Shown: positions 6,416 to 16,070 of the stretch, piece by piece | Numbering within the stretch: the first letter of the stretch is position 1 | Layout: each line of letters begins with the position of its first letter | IMG/VR virus record: IMGVR_UViG_3300045988_056175 | DNA length: 43,335 bases | Strand: one strand, 5' to 3' | From: a virus | Translations under genes and position numbers: made by a program | The notes under the pieces: model-generated | What the model was told of the DNA's origin: nothing | Seen by the model: the letters and a program-made list of their open reading frames with translations, nothing else | Databases searched by the model: none

Positions 6416-6739
6416 ATGGCAAACTATTCAGAAGCCAGGAAAACTGCAAACAAGAACTGGGACAGCAAAAACCTTGACAGAATCTCTATTGCACTCCCAA
6501 AGGGAGGCAAGGATGCGCTGAAAGCCCATGCGGAAAAGAACGGGGAAAGCGTGAACTCGTTTATCAAGCGGGCAATCGAAGAAGTGACAGAAATGGACAA
6601 TATGCACACGGCATACCAGCGGGGGCTTCTCCGTCAGCTCGAAAAAATGAATGATGCGCTAGGCCGGAATGAAACGCAGGAACTTCAGAGGATTCTACTG
6701 GGACTGATAGAGGATACAAAAGCAGATATCTCTGGTTGA
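6416..6739 (+). CDS. Ribbon-helix-helix (Arc/CopG-like) DNA-binding protein
   Basis: ATG at 6416 lies 8 nt after AGGAGG. The RHH pattern is LDRISIALPKGGKDALKAHAEKNGESVNSFIKRAIEE. Confidence 0.75.
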   Translation: MANYSEARKTANKNWDSKNLDRISIALPKGGKDALKAHAEKNGESVNSFIKRAIEEVTEMDNMHTAYQRGLLRQLEKMNDALGRNETQELQRILLGLIEDTKADISG

Positions 6740-6749
6740 ACGCAGAAGA

Positions 6750-6776
6750 AGGGGAGGCCCGAAAGCCTCCCCTTTG
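6750..6776. terminator. Bidirectional terminator at the end of the late operon
   Basis: AGGGGAGGC-ccgaaa-GCCTCCCCT followed by TTT, placed between the convergent RHH gene and RBP-B. Confidence 0.7.
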
Positions 6777-6777
6777 C

Positions 6778-8823
6778 TTATATCCCTATTACATACCGCA
6801 GTACATAGGCGGCATTATTGTAAGTTACCCCGTTTGCCGTTCCGGTGTCATCGTTCCCGTCATTTCCGGCTATGGTGGTGTCGTTTATATACAGGTACTT
6901 CGTGGCCACCATGCTGAAATTTACCGTGTTCATTCGGAAGGAAGAACCCACGCCTGGCTTCAGTGCTACAAATGCCCGATGAACGAAAAACGAATTGTAA
7001 TTGTGTTCTGCCGCTCCATTGTCATACCGGCTGAATACCAGCACAATGCCGGACGGCTGCTTGCTGATTGCCTCTGCCAGGGTGATTTTGTGGCCTCCGG
7101 TCATATATAAAGCACCTTCCCATAGTATCTTCCCGCCGCCGTTGTAGACCGTTTTCCAGTCTCCCCAAGTGCCGGTGTAATAGCAGCGCTCATATATTGC
7201 CCCGCTTGGCTTGGATGCAATATGGAAAATCTGTGACCGCTGGCCCCCGTTCCCTTCCCGCAAAACGACCAGGCTTCCGGTAGAAGTCCCAGGATAAGGC
7301 CTATTGAGCAGTGTTCCGGAGATTGCCGTTGATGGGACAGCATAAAAGCCAGGATCAAGAATCGTGTCGAAATCCTGGCCTTCTGTCAGATAGGTCACAG
7401 AAGCCGGTGCTTCCCCGTGTGAGAAAAAAACAGGAAGCCCGAATTCCACCCCTTCCGCCAACTCAGACACTTTGCCGAAGGCCACGGCCCGGCCGGAAGC
7501 ATTGAAGTCCAGCAGCGTGAACGCCGTGGGAATCTCTACCGTTTTCCGGATGGTGGTGAAATAATCGGTAACGGATAGCCGAATTTCATAGGCGGAATCC
7601 ACGTCAAACAGGGAATCCGTGGTGACGGTGGTGTTCAGGGTGTACTCCGTCCCGGCCTGTATTTTCGTCCATGTTGTTCCGGACTTCGCCTTATATTCCA
7701 GTGTGTAGGCACTGGAATTTTTGTTCCCCACCGGAGCGACAGCAAAAGTACACGCAATTTTTGCGTGTTGCCCGTCATAGTTTTCCGTCCCGTCCTCCAA
7801 GGACCGGACAGCGTTCAAAACGCTGATGGTAGGCGCAGTATAGGCCACTACGGAAAATGTCCGTGTGGACTTCGCAGTGCGCCCACGACTATCTGTTACG
7901 GTGACGGTTACGGTTTTGTTACCATTTGACAATGTGCCGGTGGTAGGCGTGGCCCCGGAATAGCTTTTCCCGTCCACCGTGGTTTTGTATGTCTTGATGG
8001 TGGAGCCATAAGCCCCGGCTGCTGTAATGCTGATTTTGACCTTTGACTTGCCCTGGACAAATGCCCCGAACTTTTCGCCCAGTCCCGCAACTGTTTCCGA
8101 AATGGAAACTGCTGAAATTGTCGGCACGACAGAGGCCGGAACTTTTGCGGTGAACGATACGGATTTTGTACCTACAAGGGTACTCCCGTTATAGGTTTTA
8201 CAGGTGATTGTGCAGGTCCCGGAAGTGCCGGATGGAATTTGGCTTGCCAGGGAAAGCGGGACCGTCCATGCCTTGCTTGTCCCCAAATCCGTGCCTATGG
8301 TCCCGGTAGCCTTGCCGAAGGTGTAGGTCAGGGCATGGTCAAAGCTGCCGGAGGCCCTGGGCATATTGATAGTGATGCTTGCGCCCATGTTGACGCTGCT
8401 GGCCGACAGCGTTGGCGTGGTAGCCCGTGGAATGGTGTCAAAAGTACCGCTGCCGGATGCGGTCACGTCCCCGTAGTATGTGCCGCCAAGGGTGACTTTT
8501 ATGCCAATGGTGGACGCAAAAGCGCAGGTTTTTGACCCGTCCGCATTGTGGCCCACGGTAACGGTCTTTGTGTACAGGGTCTTTGTCTGGTTGCCGGAAA
8601 GAGCCGCAGAGAAAGAAAACGTGTACTTCGTCCCGTTGATAGTCAGACTGCCGCTTTTGCTGGCCGTGGAATTGATTGTGTAGCTTGCACCGGTAGAAAC
8701 AAGCTGCACCTTCACCGTGACGCTGGAATTGTTGTTCGCCACGGACTGGCTTCCAACTGTCCAAACGATTTTCATTTGATAGCCTGTCCGAATTGCCTTT
8801 GTAATCGTTCCAGTTTTCGCCAT
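6778..8823 (-). CDS. Tail fiber / receptor-binding protein B
   Basis: 681 aa from the ATG at 8823, just after the Tal-B stop. The N-terminal half is homologous to RBP-A (TIPRA, SGTCTITCKTYNGST). The C-terminal domain is distinct (ILWEG...GIVLVFSRYDNG...YVLRYVIGI). It is the last gene of the late operon. Confidence 0.8.
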   Translation of the reverse strand: MAKTGTITKAIRTGYQMKIVWTVGSQSVANNNSSVTVKVQLVSTGASYTINSTASKSGSLTINGTKYTFSFSAALSGNQTKTLYTKTVTVGHNADGSKTCAFASTIGIKVTLGGTYYGDVTASGSGTFDTIPRATTPTLSASSVNMGASITINMPRASGSFDHALTYTFGKATGTIGTDLGTSKAWTVPLSLASQIPSGTSGTCTITCKTYNGSTLVGTKSVSFTAKVPASVVPTISAVSISETVAGLGEKFGAFVQGKSKVKISITAAGAYGSTIKTYKTTVDGKSYSGATPTTGTLSNGNKTVTVTVTDSRGRTAKSTRTFSVVAYTAPTISVLNAVRSLEDGTENYDGQHAKIACTFAVAPVGNKNSSAYTLEYKAKSGTTWTKIQAGTEYTLNTTVTTDSLFDVDSAYEIRLSVTDYFTTIRKTVEIPTAFTLLDFNASGRAVAFGKVSELAEGVEFGLPVFFSHGEAPASVTYLTEGQDFDTILDPGFYAVPSTAISGTLLNRPYPGTSTGSLVVLREGNGGQRSQIFHIASKPSGAIYERCYYTGTWGDWKTVYNGGGKILWEGALYMTGGHKITLAEAISKQPSGIVLVFSRYDNGAAEHNYNSFFVHRAFVALKPGVGSSFRMNTVNFSMVATKYLYINDTTIAGNDGNDDTGTANGVTYNNAAYVLRYVIGI

Positions 8824-8824
8824 A

Positions 8825-10435
8825 TCAACCACCCACCTTCTTGAAACTCAAATTGTTATTTGCCCTCGGAATGAAAGCAAAGTTTCCAAGCTGAAGGGAA
8901 TGGAGAAAATGGCCGTCTGTCACATACAGCTTATTGTCGGAGAAATAAGCCACTTCAACAGCGTCCTGAAGGAAGGATATGCGGTTATTGCTGATTTTCA
9001 GTTCCAGTTCATTGCCGATTTGGCCCAAAAGAATGGAGCCGTCCACAAAGCGGATATATTTCCGGATTTCCTCAAACTCTGCGTCCGTGCCATTTGCCAG
9101 GGCTTCCAGGTCTGTATTGAATTGGGTGAACTGAATATCCACGCTTTCCTTTGTCTGCGTGATGTCCGTTTGCACAGAGGAAACCAAAGCATCCGTATCT
9201 TCCTTCAGATAGTAGTTTTCTGCCACTGTGGATTTGATATTGTCCGCAGACGCTTTGACGGATGCAAGCAAATTCTGCTCTACGTTGTACAGGGCCTCAG
9301 AAGCCGTTTTCTCGACATTTTCTATTCCAAGTGTAATTTCACGTTGGGCGTTAGAAACGCCAGCCAGCGCACCGGACAGGCTTGACAGCGTACCGCCTAA
9401 CGTCAACGTGTTTTTCCCTGGTTCCAGAAGATTGATTGACAGCTTGGACACAAGAAAATTCTGGTCTATCCCGTGCGGTTTGCTCTCCACCCGGACATAA
9501 GTGCCAAGATGGAAGCCGGAGAAGGAAGCGCCAACGGTGGCCAGGTCTGCCGCTGAAAGGTCGATGGTTTCCGGGAAGTTGACAAGGCCGGAAAGATATG
9601 CTTTGCCCTTCGTCAAAAGGTTTGTGGGGTCTGCTACATCGTCCCAGACCTGGGACTTGCAGATAAACCCATACCGGGAAACGGCATCCGGGTCAGTGAT
9701 ATAATCCAGGCCGTCATTGACGGAGGCCACCGTCAGCCGTTCGCCCGTGTCCTTGCCTTCCTCGTCCTGCAATTTGGCTCCTAAAGGTATCAGAGCGGTG
9801 GCAATGTCAGCCCCTTTTCGGATGCGCTTCAGATCAAGGAGGTTCTGCCCAAAGGTGACCTTCTGGGGGGAAAGCAGCGTGAAGTCCTGAAGATAGTCCA
9901 GGTAATTCACGCCGTTTTCATACCGGACTACCAGATAGCCGCCCAGGAGGTCCAGAAGTTTCTTTTGCAGTTCCTCCCAGGTGTTCACGTAGTCGATACT
10001 TGCCCGGACGATATAATCATTTGGGTCTGATACGGTCACATTCCCAAGGGTAAACTGTTTTCCTGTCTCTACATGGGCGTTGTGGCTTGCCAGTCTGCCT
10101 GTGAGGTATTCTTCAATGCTCCCGGTGAAATCATAGGGGGATTGAATAGAATCCAGCAGAAAGGCCAGGGAGCCTTCACAGACAATGCGCTTTTCGTTGC
10201 GGAATCCAAGTTCTTCTTCCAGTACCCGTCCACGGAAAAGCAAATAGTCATCCTGATAGACTGTGATGATGGATTTCAGCTTTTGAATATGGCTGTATTG
10301 TGGATGCTGGGGATAAAGTGTGAATTGGAAGCTGCCGGTCTTGTTCAGTTCCAATTCTAAAGAGGGGTTAAAAATCTGAAGATTTTCCAGCTTGCTGTTA
10401 TACAGCGTCAGACCGTCACAATATACACGATACAC
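8825..10435 (-). CDS. Tail-tip protein Tal-B (prophage-tail endopeptidase-like family)
   Basis: 536 aa with a GTG start after GGGGGGTGG. It is colinear with and homologous to Tal-A (for example LFRGR and GGY motifs), and follows Dit-B. Confidence 0.75.
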   Translation of the reverse strand: MYRVYCDGLTLYNSKLENLQIFNPSLELELNKTGSFQFTLYPQHPQYSHIQKLKSIITVYQDDYLLFRGRVLEEELGFRNEKRIVCEGSLAFLLDSIQSPYDFTGSIEEYLTGRLASHNAHVETGKQFTLGNVTVSDPNDYIVRASIDYVNTWEELQKKLLDLLGGYLVVRYENGVNYLDYLQDFTLLSPQKVTFGQNLLDLKRIRKGADIATALIPLGAKLQDEEGKDTGERLTVASVNDGLDYITDPDAVSRYGFICKSQVWDDVADPTNLLTKGKAYLSGLVNFPETIDLSAADLATVGASFSGFHLGTYVRVESKPHGIDQNFLVSKLSINLLEPGKNTLTLGGTLSSLSGALAGVSNAQREITLGIENVEKTASEALYNVEQNLLASVKASADNIKSTVAENYYLKEDTDALVSSVQTDITQTKESVDIQFTQFNTDLEALANGTDAEFEEIRKYIRFVDGSILLGQIGNELELKISNNRISFLQDAVEVAYFSDNKLYVTDGHFLHSLQLGNFAFIPRANNNLSFKKVGG

Positions 10436-10448
10436 GGAACCACCCCCC

Positions 10449-11096
10449 TTACAAAGATGCTTCCTGATAGGAAAACATGATACTGCCGGTCCCGTTGACA
10501 GAAACGGTATTGTCTCCGGCCTTCAATTCCAGTTCCGGCAGGGTATAGGAACCGCTGCCCAGGTCCCAGATATTGCTTGCCTCAAAGACAATGTGCAGGG
10601 AGGTGTCGGTTGTGACCGTCACCTCCGGCACAACACGTTTCCGGAGATTAGGCAGTGTAACGGCGGTTTCTCCGTTTATGGCTTTTGTGACGGCGGTTTT
10701 CACCGTCTTGTATTTCCAGGGGTCACAGTCAGCGTCAACGGATATGGTTCCCACGCCTCTAGCATTTGTAAGGCTGGAAACATAGCACCGCCCCATATAG
10801 AAAAAGCCCGGATCATCGTCAAGGACAATCCGGAGCCTTTTCCCATGGATGGCGTTTTTGATGGTTGAATAAAGGGTAAGGAATTCGCTTTGTGGCACAA
10901 TGGTGGAAAACTTGAATTTGTGGGTCACGTCCTCATACTTCGGTTCCCCGAAGTATTCTGTGAGGTCAAGGGCGCTGTCTGCTCCCTCCACATCAATCTT
11001 CACGGTTTTCACGCTTGGGGCTGCAATTTCTTTTTCTCCCAAAATCAAGCTAAAATCTCTATAGCTATGATATTGGCCAAAAGTAATTCCTTTCAT
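10449..11096 (-). CDS. Distal tail protein Dit-B
   Basis: 215 aa with a GGGAGG RBS. It shares GKRLRIVLDDDPG and the C-terminal QEASL with Dit-A. Confidence 0.75.
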   Translation of the reverse strand: MKGITFGQYHSYRDFSLILGEKEIAAPSVKTVKIDVEGADSALDLTEYFGEPKYEDVTHKFKFSTIVPQSEFLTLYSTIKNAIHGKRLRIVLDDDPGFFYMGRCYVSSLTNARGVGTISVDADCDPWKYKTVKTAVTKAINGETAVTLPNLRKRVVPEVTVTTDTSLHIVFEASNIWDLGSGSYTLPELELKAGDNTVSVNGTGSIMFSYQEASL

Positions 11097-11110
11097 GGCT
11101 TACCTCCCTG

Positions 11111-12079
11111 TTAGGGCATAAGCTGATTTACACGGGCCTGGACCGCATCGGCATCATATCCGGCAGCGGTGAGCCGCTTTTCACGCTCTGCGCCGTTGCC
11201 CCAGTCTCCACGGATTACCTCACGGGCGATTTCGTCCAGGGACTTGGTGGGCTGGGAAGTGCTGGGAATACGGATTTTCTGGCCGGTATAAATCACATTC
11301 GGGTTGGCAATGCCGTTGTACTCTGCCAGGGCCTTGTAGGTAGTGCCATATTTGGCGGCAATGCCGGACAGGGTATCCCCGGTTTGCACCGTGTACACGG
11401 TCTCAGGCGTTGCCACAGGGGCGGAGGGCTTGGGCGTGGTGGTTTCACCGGCAGCGGCAAAGCCGTTCTTCCCGGCCTCCCGGACCATGGAAGGATAGTC
11501 CAGATATCCCCAGTTGCAGTCAACGCTTCCGGTCACGCCGGGGACGATGCCGGTGCTGGTGTACTGCCAGATTCCGTATTGACGTTCATCTTCGCAGACT
11601 TTGTAATACTGGGCCACCCATCTGGCCTTGGTGTCATACCAGCTATCGGTCAAATAGGTATTCCACCAATGCAGATTGGCGTAAATACCGGCCCAATAGC
11701 CAGCCGCTTCAATGACTTCCACCCACTTCATGGCCTGTTCCAGAATATGGCCTTTCCCAATAGCGGCAACTTTGGCATCCTCCAAATCCAGATAGACCGG
11801 ATACTCCGGCTTCAGGCCCTTCAGCAAACGCAGGGTGTGCTTTGCTTCGGATGCTGCCTTTTCCACACTGTCGGCGTAGCTGTAGATGTACACGCCGAAG
11901 GGGATTCCCAACCGGGTACACTCTGTCACATTTCGGGCGAAATGTTCATCATCCTGGTCCGCCAAGTCCATGCCGTAGCCGCAGCGCAGGATTGCAAATT
12001 TCACACCTGCATTTTTTGCCTGCTCCCAGTCAATTTTTCCCTGCCAGGTCGATACGTCAATCCCGAATTGCTTTTCCAT
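11111..12079 (-). CDS. Endolysin: GH25 muramidase + LysM + Cpl-7-like repeat
   Basis: GH25 N-terminus GIDVSTWQGKIDWEQAKNAGVKFAILRCGYG. LysM segment YTVQTGDTLSGIAAKYGTTYKALAEYNGI. C-terminal GDWGNGAEREKRLTAAGYDADAVQARVN resembles the Cpl-7 motif. There is no signal peptide. Confidence 0.9.
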   Translation of the reverse strand: MEKQFGIDVSTWQGKIDWEQAKNAGVKFAILRCGYGMDLADQDDEHFARNVTECTRLGIPFGVYIYSYADSVEKAASEAKHTLRLLKGLKPEYPVYLDLEDAKVAAIGKGHILEQAMKWVEVIEAAGYWAGIYANLHWWNTYLTDSWYDTKARWVAQYYKVCEDERQYGIWQYTSTGIVPGVTGSVDCNWGYLDYPSMVREAGKNGFAAAGETTTPKPSAPVATPETVYTVQTGDTLSGIAAKYGTTYKALAEYNGIANPNVIYTGQKIRIPSTSQPTKSLDEIAREVIRGDWGNGAEREKRLTAAGYDADAVQARVNQLMP

Positions 12080-12103
12080 GATAGATACCTCCTAAAAAGT
12101 TGT

Positions 12104-13840
12104 TTATGTTATGCGTTTCCACATATAAACCGCCAAATATGGCGGCATATTGTTGTGAGCAGACCCGCCGCCAGTTGGCAAAATCGTGGAACCGTCCGTG
12201 TAGCCCTGCGTTTTGATTGCAAAATTGCCGATGGTCGTCCGGCTTTGCCCGTAATCATCCGTTCCCCCGTTGACGGCTGCGCTGTGCGTATGGCTGGGCA
12301 TTTCCGCCGTTGTCAGCTTGTGGGTGGCTTCGCCGCCGGTCGCCCCGGCGGAATATCTGTCCCCAGCCGCCAGAAGAAAGCGGTCTTTCAGCCGCTCCCA
12401 GGTCCCACCGAACAGGTCCGCCGGGTCAGTGTCAGCCAAAGACATATAGATGGAGCCAACCGGGTAAATTCGGCTGAGAATGTTTTCACCGTTCAGCAGG
12501 AGCGGGACGTTGAAATTAAAGTCGTTTTTGCCCCAGTCGAACACCGGAATGCCCTGCATGATAACCACGTCTACCGTCACGGTTGCCAGCTTGTCCGTCA
12601 CTTCCAGGCGGATGGTGTGTTCTTGCCGATAGTCCAGGCCGGTGAGATCAAGTGTGGCCGTGTAGGTGTTATCCGTGATTACCGGTGTAGCCGTTACCCA
12701 GGCCAAATCACCCACACGGTAGCGCAGGGCCAGCGTATTGTCTACAGCACCAAAGCCACCGCTGTAATACTGCCCGGATAATTCAATCCGCCCAGAGCCG
12801 TCAGTGGGCTGTGGGCGGTATCCTCTGGCATTGAGCGTCAGACGCACGTAAGGGATTACCGTGGGAACCACGGTTGCGCTTTTGGCATAGCCACGGGAAT
12901 CCACGGCGTAGAACTGGAACCGGGTCGCTTCCACCTCCGGGATGCTGTAGGTACTCCCGGAAACATCCACACCCATGATCTGCTTCTTGGCCAGGGATGC
13001 ACTATTCCGGGCCGCTGCCGAAATTGTACATAGTGCAGTAGAGTAAAACCGAACCAGTTTGCTGCTGTCCCCGGTCAGGGCAATAGTTGTCTGGTTGGTG
13101 TCCACCACCGTGCCGGAAACATCCGGAGCGCAGGTGTCAAGGGACGTTTGAGCCGAAAAAGTCGTGCTTTGTGCGTCTCCTATTTGAGTGCTGCCGGAAT
13201 AGGTACGGCATATCAGCGTACAAGTCCCACTTCTGGAATTTGGAATCTGCCCGTAGAAAGACGCTGGGAGCGTCACAAGAATGGTAGTTTCCGTCATTTT
13301 TACGGGACTGGAAACCATATTCCCGGAGCCGTCAATATACCCGGAAAGCGAACCGAAGATGTACTGAATCGTGTGGGTGAACCCGGAGGATTTCCGGCCC
13401 ACCACAATGGTGGTTTTGCTGCCGATGACGGCATCCGTGGCCCCGATGCTGGAAGCCCGTGGAATGGTGGGCAGCGTGATCGACTGCTCCCCGGAAATCG
13501 TGCTGATATACTTTCCGCCGTAGGTGATGTTCAAGCGGTAACTGCCGCCGATTTTCCCGGACCAGGTTCCATCCGAATTGTGGGCTACGCTGAATCTGTG
13601 TGAACCCAGGGCCACCGTGCCGCCGCTGGAATAAATGTCCGGTCCGGTCCACTTGAACGTCTGCCCACCAATCCAAAGTGAACAGTCATCCGTACCGGCT
13701 CCAACGGATAGGCCACCGTGGTGGAGTGATAAGGACACGTCTACCGGCGTGGTATTGGATGCAATGTCATACTGGCCCACGGTGTAGTTGACAGTGAGAT
13801 AAAGGCCCGATACACCGGATGAAATATCAAAAGATGGCAT
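12104..13840 (-). CDS. Tail fiber / receptor-binding protein A (C-terminal tail-collar type domain)
   Basis: 578 aa. The N-terminal half is homologous to RBP-B (TIPRA, SGTCTLICRTYSGST). The C-terminus (GGEATHKLTTAEMPSHTH...GGGSAHNNMPPYLAVYMWKR) matches the phage tail-collar/MdpB pattern. Confidence 0.8.
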   Translation of the reverse strand: MPSFDISSGVSGLYLTVNYTVGQYDIASNTTPVDVSLSLHHGGLSVGAGTDDCSLWIGGQTFKWTGPDIYSSGGTVALGSHRFSVAHNSDGTWSGKIGGSYRLNITYGGKYISTISGEQSITLPTIPRASSIGATDAVIGSKTTIVVGRKSSGFTHTIQYIFGSLSGYIDGSGNMVSSPVKMTETTILVTLPASFYGQIPNSRSGTCTLICRTYSGSTQIGDAQSTTFSAQTSLDTCAPDVSGTVVDTNQTTIALTGDSSKLVRFYSTALCTISAAARNSASLAKKQIMGVDVSGSTYSIPEVEATRFQFYAVDSRGYAKSATVVPTVIPYVRLTLNARGYRPQPTDGSGRIELSGQYYSGGFGAVDNTLALRYRVGDLAWVTATPVITDNTYTATLDLTGLDYRQEHTIRLEVTDKLATVTVDVVIMQGIPVFDWGKNDFNFNVPLLLNGENILSRIYPVGSIYMSLADTDPADLFGGTWERLKDRFLLAAGDRYSAGATGGEATHKLTTAEMPSHTHSAAVNGGTDDYGQSRTTIGNFAIKTQGYTDGSTILPTGGGSAHNNMPPYLAVYMWKRIT

Positions 13841-15426
13841 CAGTTATCACCTCCAACGTAGAAACAGGCCGTCCGTTTTTCCGGGTAGTCCTCAAACCGG
13901 GCGTGTTTCCCGATTATCAGATAGTTATTGACCTTAACATCCGTGGCAACTACGCCGTCCTTGTCCGCCTGAAGCATGATTTCATCACCACGTTTGACAT
14001 ACATACCCTGGTGGTTCATAAGGTTTTCGATTTCCTCGCCGGACCGCTGGATATGCAAGCCGTCATCGGAAAATTTATACCCCATGGACGTGGTGACTTT
14101 ATCCACGCCGTCCTGTTCGATTTTGGATACCCGGATGGTAACATCCTCGGCGGTCTGCTGGATTTGGGTCAGCTGCTCCTTCATTTTTTCATTGTCCTGC
14201 TGTACTTTGGACACTTCCAGCATGATTGTCTCACTTGTCTGCTGGATCAGGGAGGTCAGCCGGGTTTCCGTGCCGGAAATCTGTTCTTTATTCTTCTCAT
14301 AATCCTTCCGGGCATCGTGTTCCACTTTGTCCAGGGCGTTGGAATTATGCTTGTCATCCGCAGCCGTGCCGCCGGTCAGCGTGGTAAGGGATTTCCCAAG
14401 TGTGACGGTATCATTTGCGGGGTTCAGCAGGTCATAGTCCCGCTCCATCAGCAGATAATCGTCATCGACTTTGTGGGCCTTGCTGATAACGTGTACCTGG
14501 TCCCCCACGGAGAAGGTATCAATATCTTTGTCCAATGCGGAAAGGTCAATCGCCGAAAGGCTTAACTGGGTCGTAATCAGCTTTGCTTTGGACAGATACG
14601 CAATGGCCTTCTTCAAGAGGTTATCCGGTTTGGTCACATCGTCCCAGGTCTTGGTTTTGGCAATCCGGCCCCGGTATGCTATGGCATCGTCCACCTGGAT
14701 ATAATCTTTCCCATCGTTGACGCTGGCAATGGTCACCCGCTCCCCGGTATCTTCGTCCCTGGCTCCATACGGGACCAGGACAGTGGCCAGGTCAGGGGTA
14801 TTCCCATCGTCACGGGCAAAATCCAGCAGATTTTCCCCCAGTTCAATGGCCTGGGTGCTGTAATGGGTCAGTTCCGCATACCAGTTCACGGTTCGGATAC
14901 CGTCCGCATTGGTTTCAAAGACGATATACCCGCCGCAGCGGTCCACCAGTTTGTTGATGGCATCCGCAACAGACCCGGCATTTTCCGCTTCCATGCGGAC
15001 GAAATTGTTATCGTCCGTGACTGTTACCGTGCCAACGGCAAACTGCTTCCATTTGTCCACCTGCTCATTGTAAATCCGGATAATGTCGGCAAAAATGGTC
15101 TGTGGGTCAGTCTGGTACAGATAGGGCCTCATGACGGCATCCTGGAAGAAACAGCGTTCGCTTTCGCAGGTGATCGTCCTGCTGCCATAAAAGTCATCCG
15201 AAGGATACAGCGCACGGCCCCGGAAAATCAGTTCCCCGTCCCGGTAGATTTCCACCAGCGTTTTCAGGCTCACGAACTTGCTATAGGCGGGGTGTGTCAG
15301 CGGTATCTGGATGGTGGCAGAGCCGCCGCTTTCCGCTTTCACACTGGCCGTCAGTTCCAGCAGTTCGTAACCTTCCAAGCGGTTATCATACACAAGGGCA
15401 TTGTCAGCGTAGACTTGTACAATCAC
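13840..15426 (-). CDS. Tail-tip protein Tal-A
   Basis: A GTG at 15426 overlaps the Dit-A TGA (GTGA) and lies 5 nt after GGGAGGGG. This start aligns with the Tal-B N-terminus. The track ATG at 15444 is an alternative. Confidence 0.75.
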   Translation of the reverse strand: MIVQVYADNALVYDNRLEGYELLELTASVKAESGGSATIQIPLTHPAYSKFVSLKTLVEIYRDGELIFRGRALYPSDDFYGSRTITCESERCFFQDAVMRPYLYQTDPQTIFADIIRIYNEQVDKWKQFAVGTVTVTDDNNFVRMEAENAGSVADAINKLVDRCGGYIVFETNADGIRTVNWYAELTHYSTQAIELGENLLDFARDDGNTPDLATVLVPYGARDEDTGERVTIASVNDGKDYIQVDDAIAYRGRIAKTKTWDDVTKPDNLLKKAIAYLSKAKLITTQLSLSAIDLSALDKDIDTFSVGDQVHVISKAHKVDDDYLLMERDYDLLNPANDTVTLGKSLTTLTGGTAADDKHNSNALDKVEHDARKDYEKNKEQISGTETRLTSLIQQTSETIMLEVSKVQQDNEKMKEQLTQIQQTAEDVTIRVSKIEQDGVDKVTTSMGYKFSDDGLHIQRSGEEIENLMNHQGMYVKRGDEIMLQADKDGVVATDVKVNNYLIIGKHARFEDYPEKRTACFYVGGDN

Positions 15427-16070
15427 AAAGACCCCTCCCGCCATGAGATGGTAATGGTTCCGGTTCCTTCGGCGGTTTTCGCCTGAATCACCTGGTCACC
15501 CTGCATCAGCAGGGCCGGAAGAAGGTGGGTTCCCTCAGAAATAGAACTGCTGTATTCGCCCCATTGCAGCGTTGTGTCCTGGCCAACGGTGATTTTCGGC
15601 ACAAGAGGCATAGCACCAATCGGGCAGGAAATCGCCGTGAATTCCGTGCCGATGCTCTTGCTCATCACTGTTTCCTGGTCTCTGCGCTTATACGGAGCGC
15701 AGGTGGCTTCTACGGTGATTTGGTGGTACAACTTATCGCTTTTATGCCCGGATACCGTAATGCGCCCGTCATAGTACCACCCCGGATCATCGTCCAGGGT
15801 GATATGCAGTCGCTTCCCGTTCAGGGCGTTGCTGACTTCACTGCGCTTTTCTACCCAGTCATCACCGGGGAAAAGGGAGAACACCCACGTGATTTTCCGG
15901 TCATTGAAGGTCACAAGGCCCAGGGCCTCGGTCAGGTCCACAGAGCCGTTCCCATACGGGATTTCCACAAGGTTTTTCTTCGGCTCTGCGGGATCAATTT
16001 GAATGCTTTCCGGGACAAGGTGCAAATCCGTCCTAGAATGAATCTCTCCGAAATAAGTATCTATCAGCAT
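15423..16070 (-). CDS. Distal tail protein Dit-A
   Basis: 215 aa. Its ATG overlaps the TMP-2 stop (TAATG). It contains GKRLHITLDDDPG and ends in REGSL. Confidence 0.75.
   Translation of the reverse strand: MLIDTYFGEIHSRTDLHLVPESIQIDPAEPKKNLVEIPYGNGSVDLTEALGLVTFNDRKITWVFSLFPGDDWVEKRSEVSNALNGKRLHITLDDDPGWYYDGRITVSGHKSDKLYHQITVEATCAPYKRRDQETVMSKSIGTEFTAISCPIGAMPLVPKITVGQDTTLQWGEYSSSISEGTHLLPALLMQGDQVIQAKTAEGTGTITISWREGSL

Noticed and set aside
11384-12781. 465-aa plus-strand ORF, and similar long plus-strand ORFs at 13819-14565, 16268-17275, 18542-19717, 23442-24572, 26976-27725 and 31886-32836
   Set aside because: All lie antisense to well-supported minus-strand genes (lysin, Tal, tape-measure proteins, capsid, gp7, terL). 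They lack Shine-Dalgarno sequences and have skewed low-complexity compositions rich in R/G/H/P/Q. They are typical shadow ORFs.
6778-13840. Diversity-generating retroelement targeting the receptor-binding proteins
   Set aside because: No reverse-transcriptase ORF (no YxDD-type motif) occurs in any frame. I noticed no template/variable repeat pair near the RBP 3' ends.
6778-16070. The possibility that the duplicated Dit-Tal-RBP set is a recent tandem duplication or assembly repeat collapse/expansion
   Set aside because: The paralogues are strongly diverged at the protein level and I found no long nucleotide repeats between the cassettes. A recent duplication or simple repeat artefact is therefore unlikely. 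A chimeric assembly of two phages is not excluded and is listed as a check.
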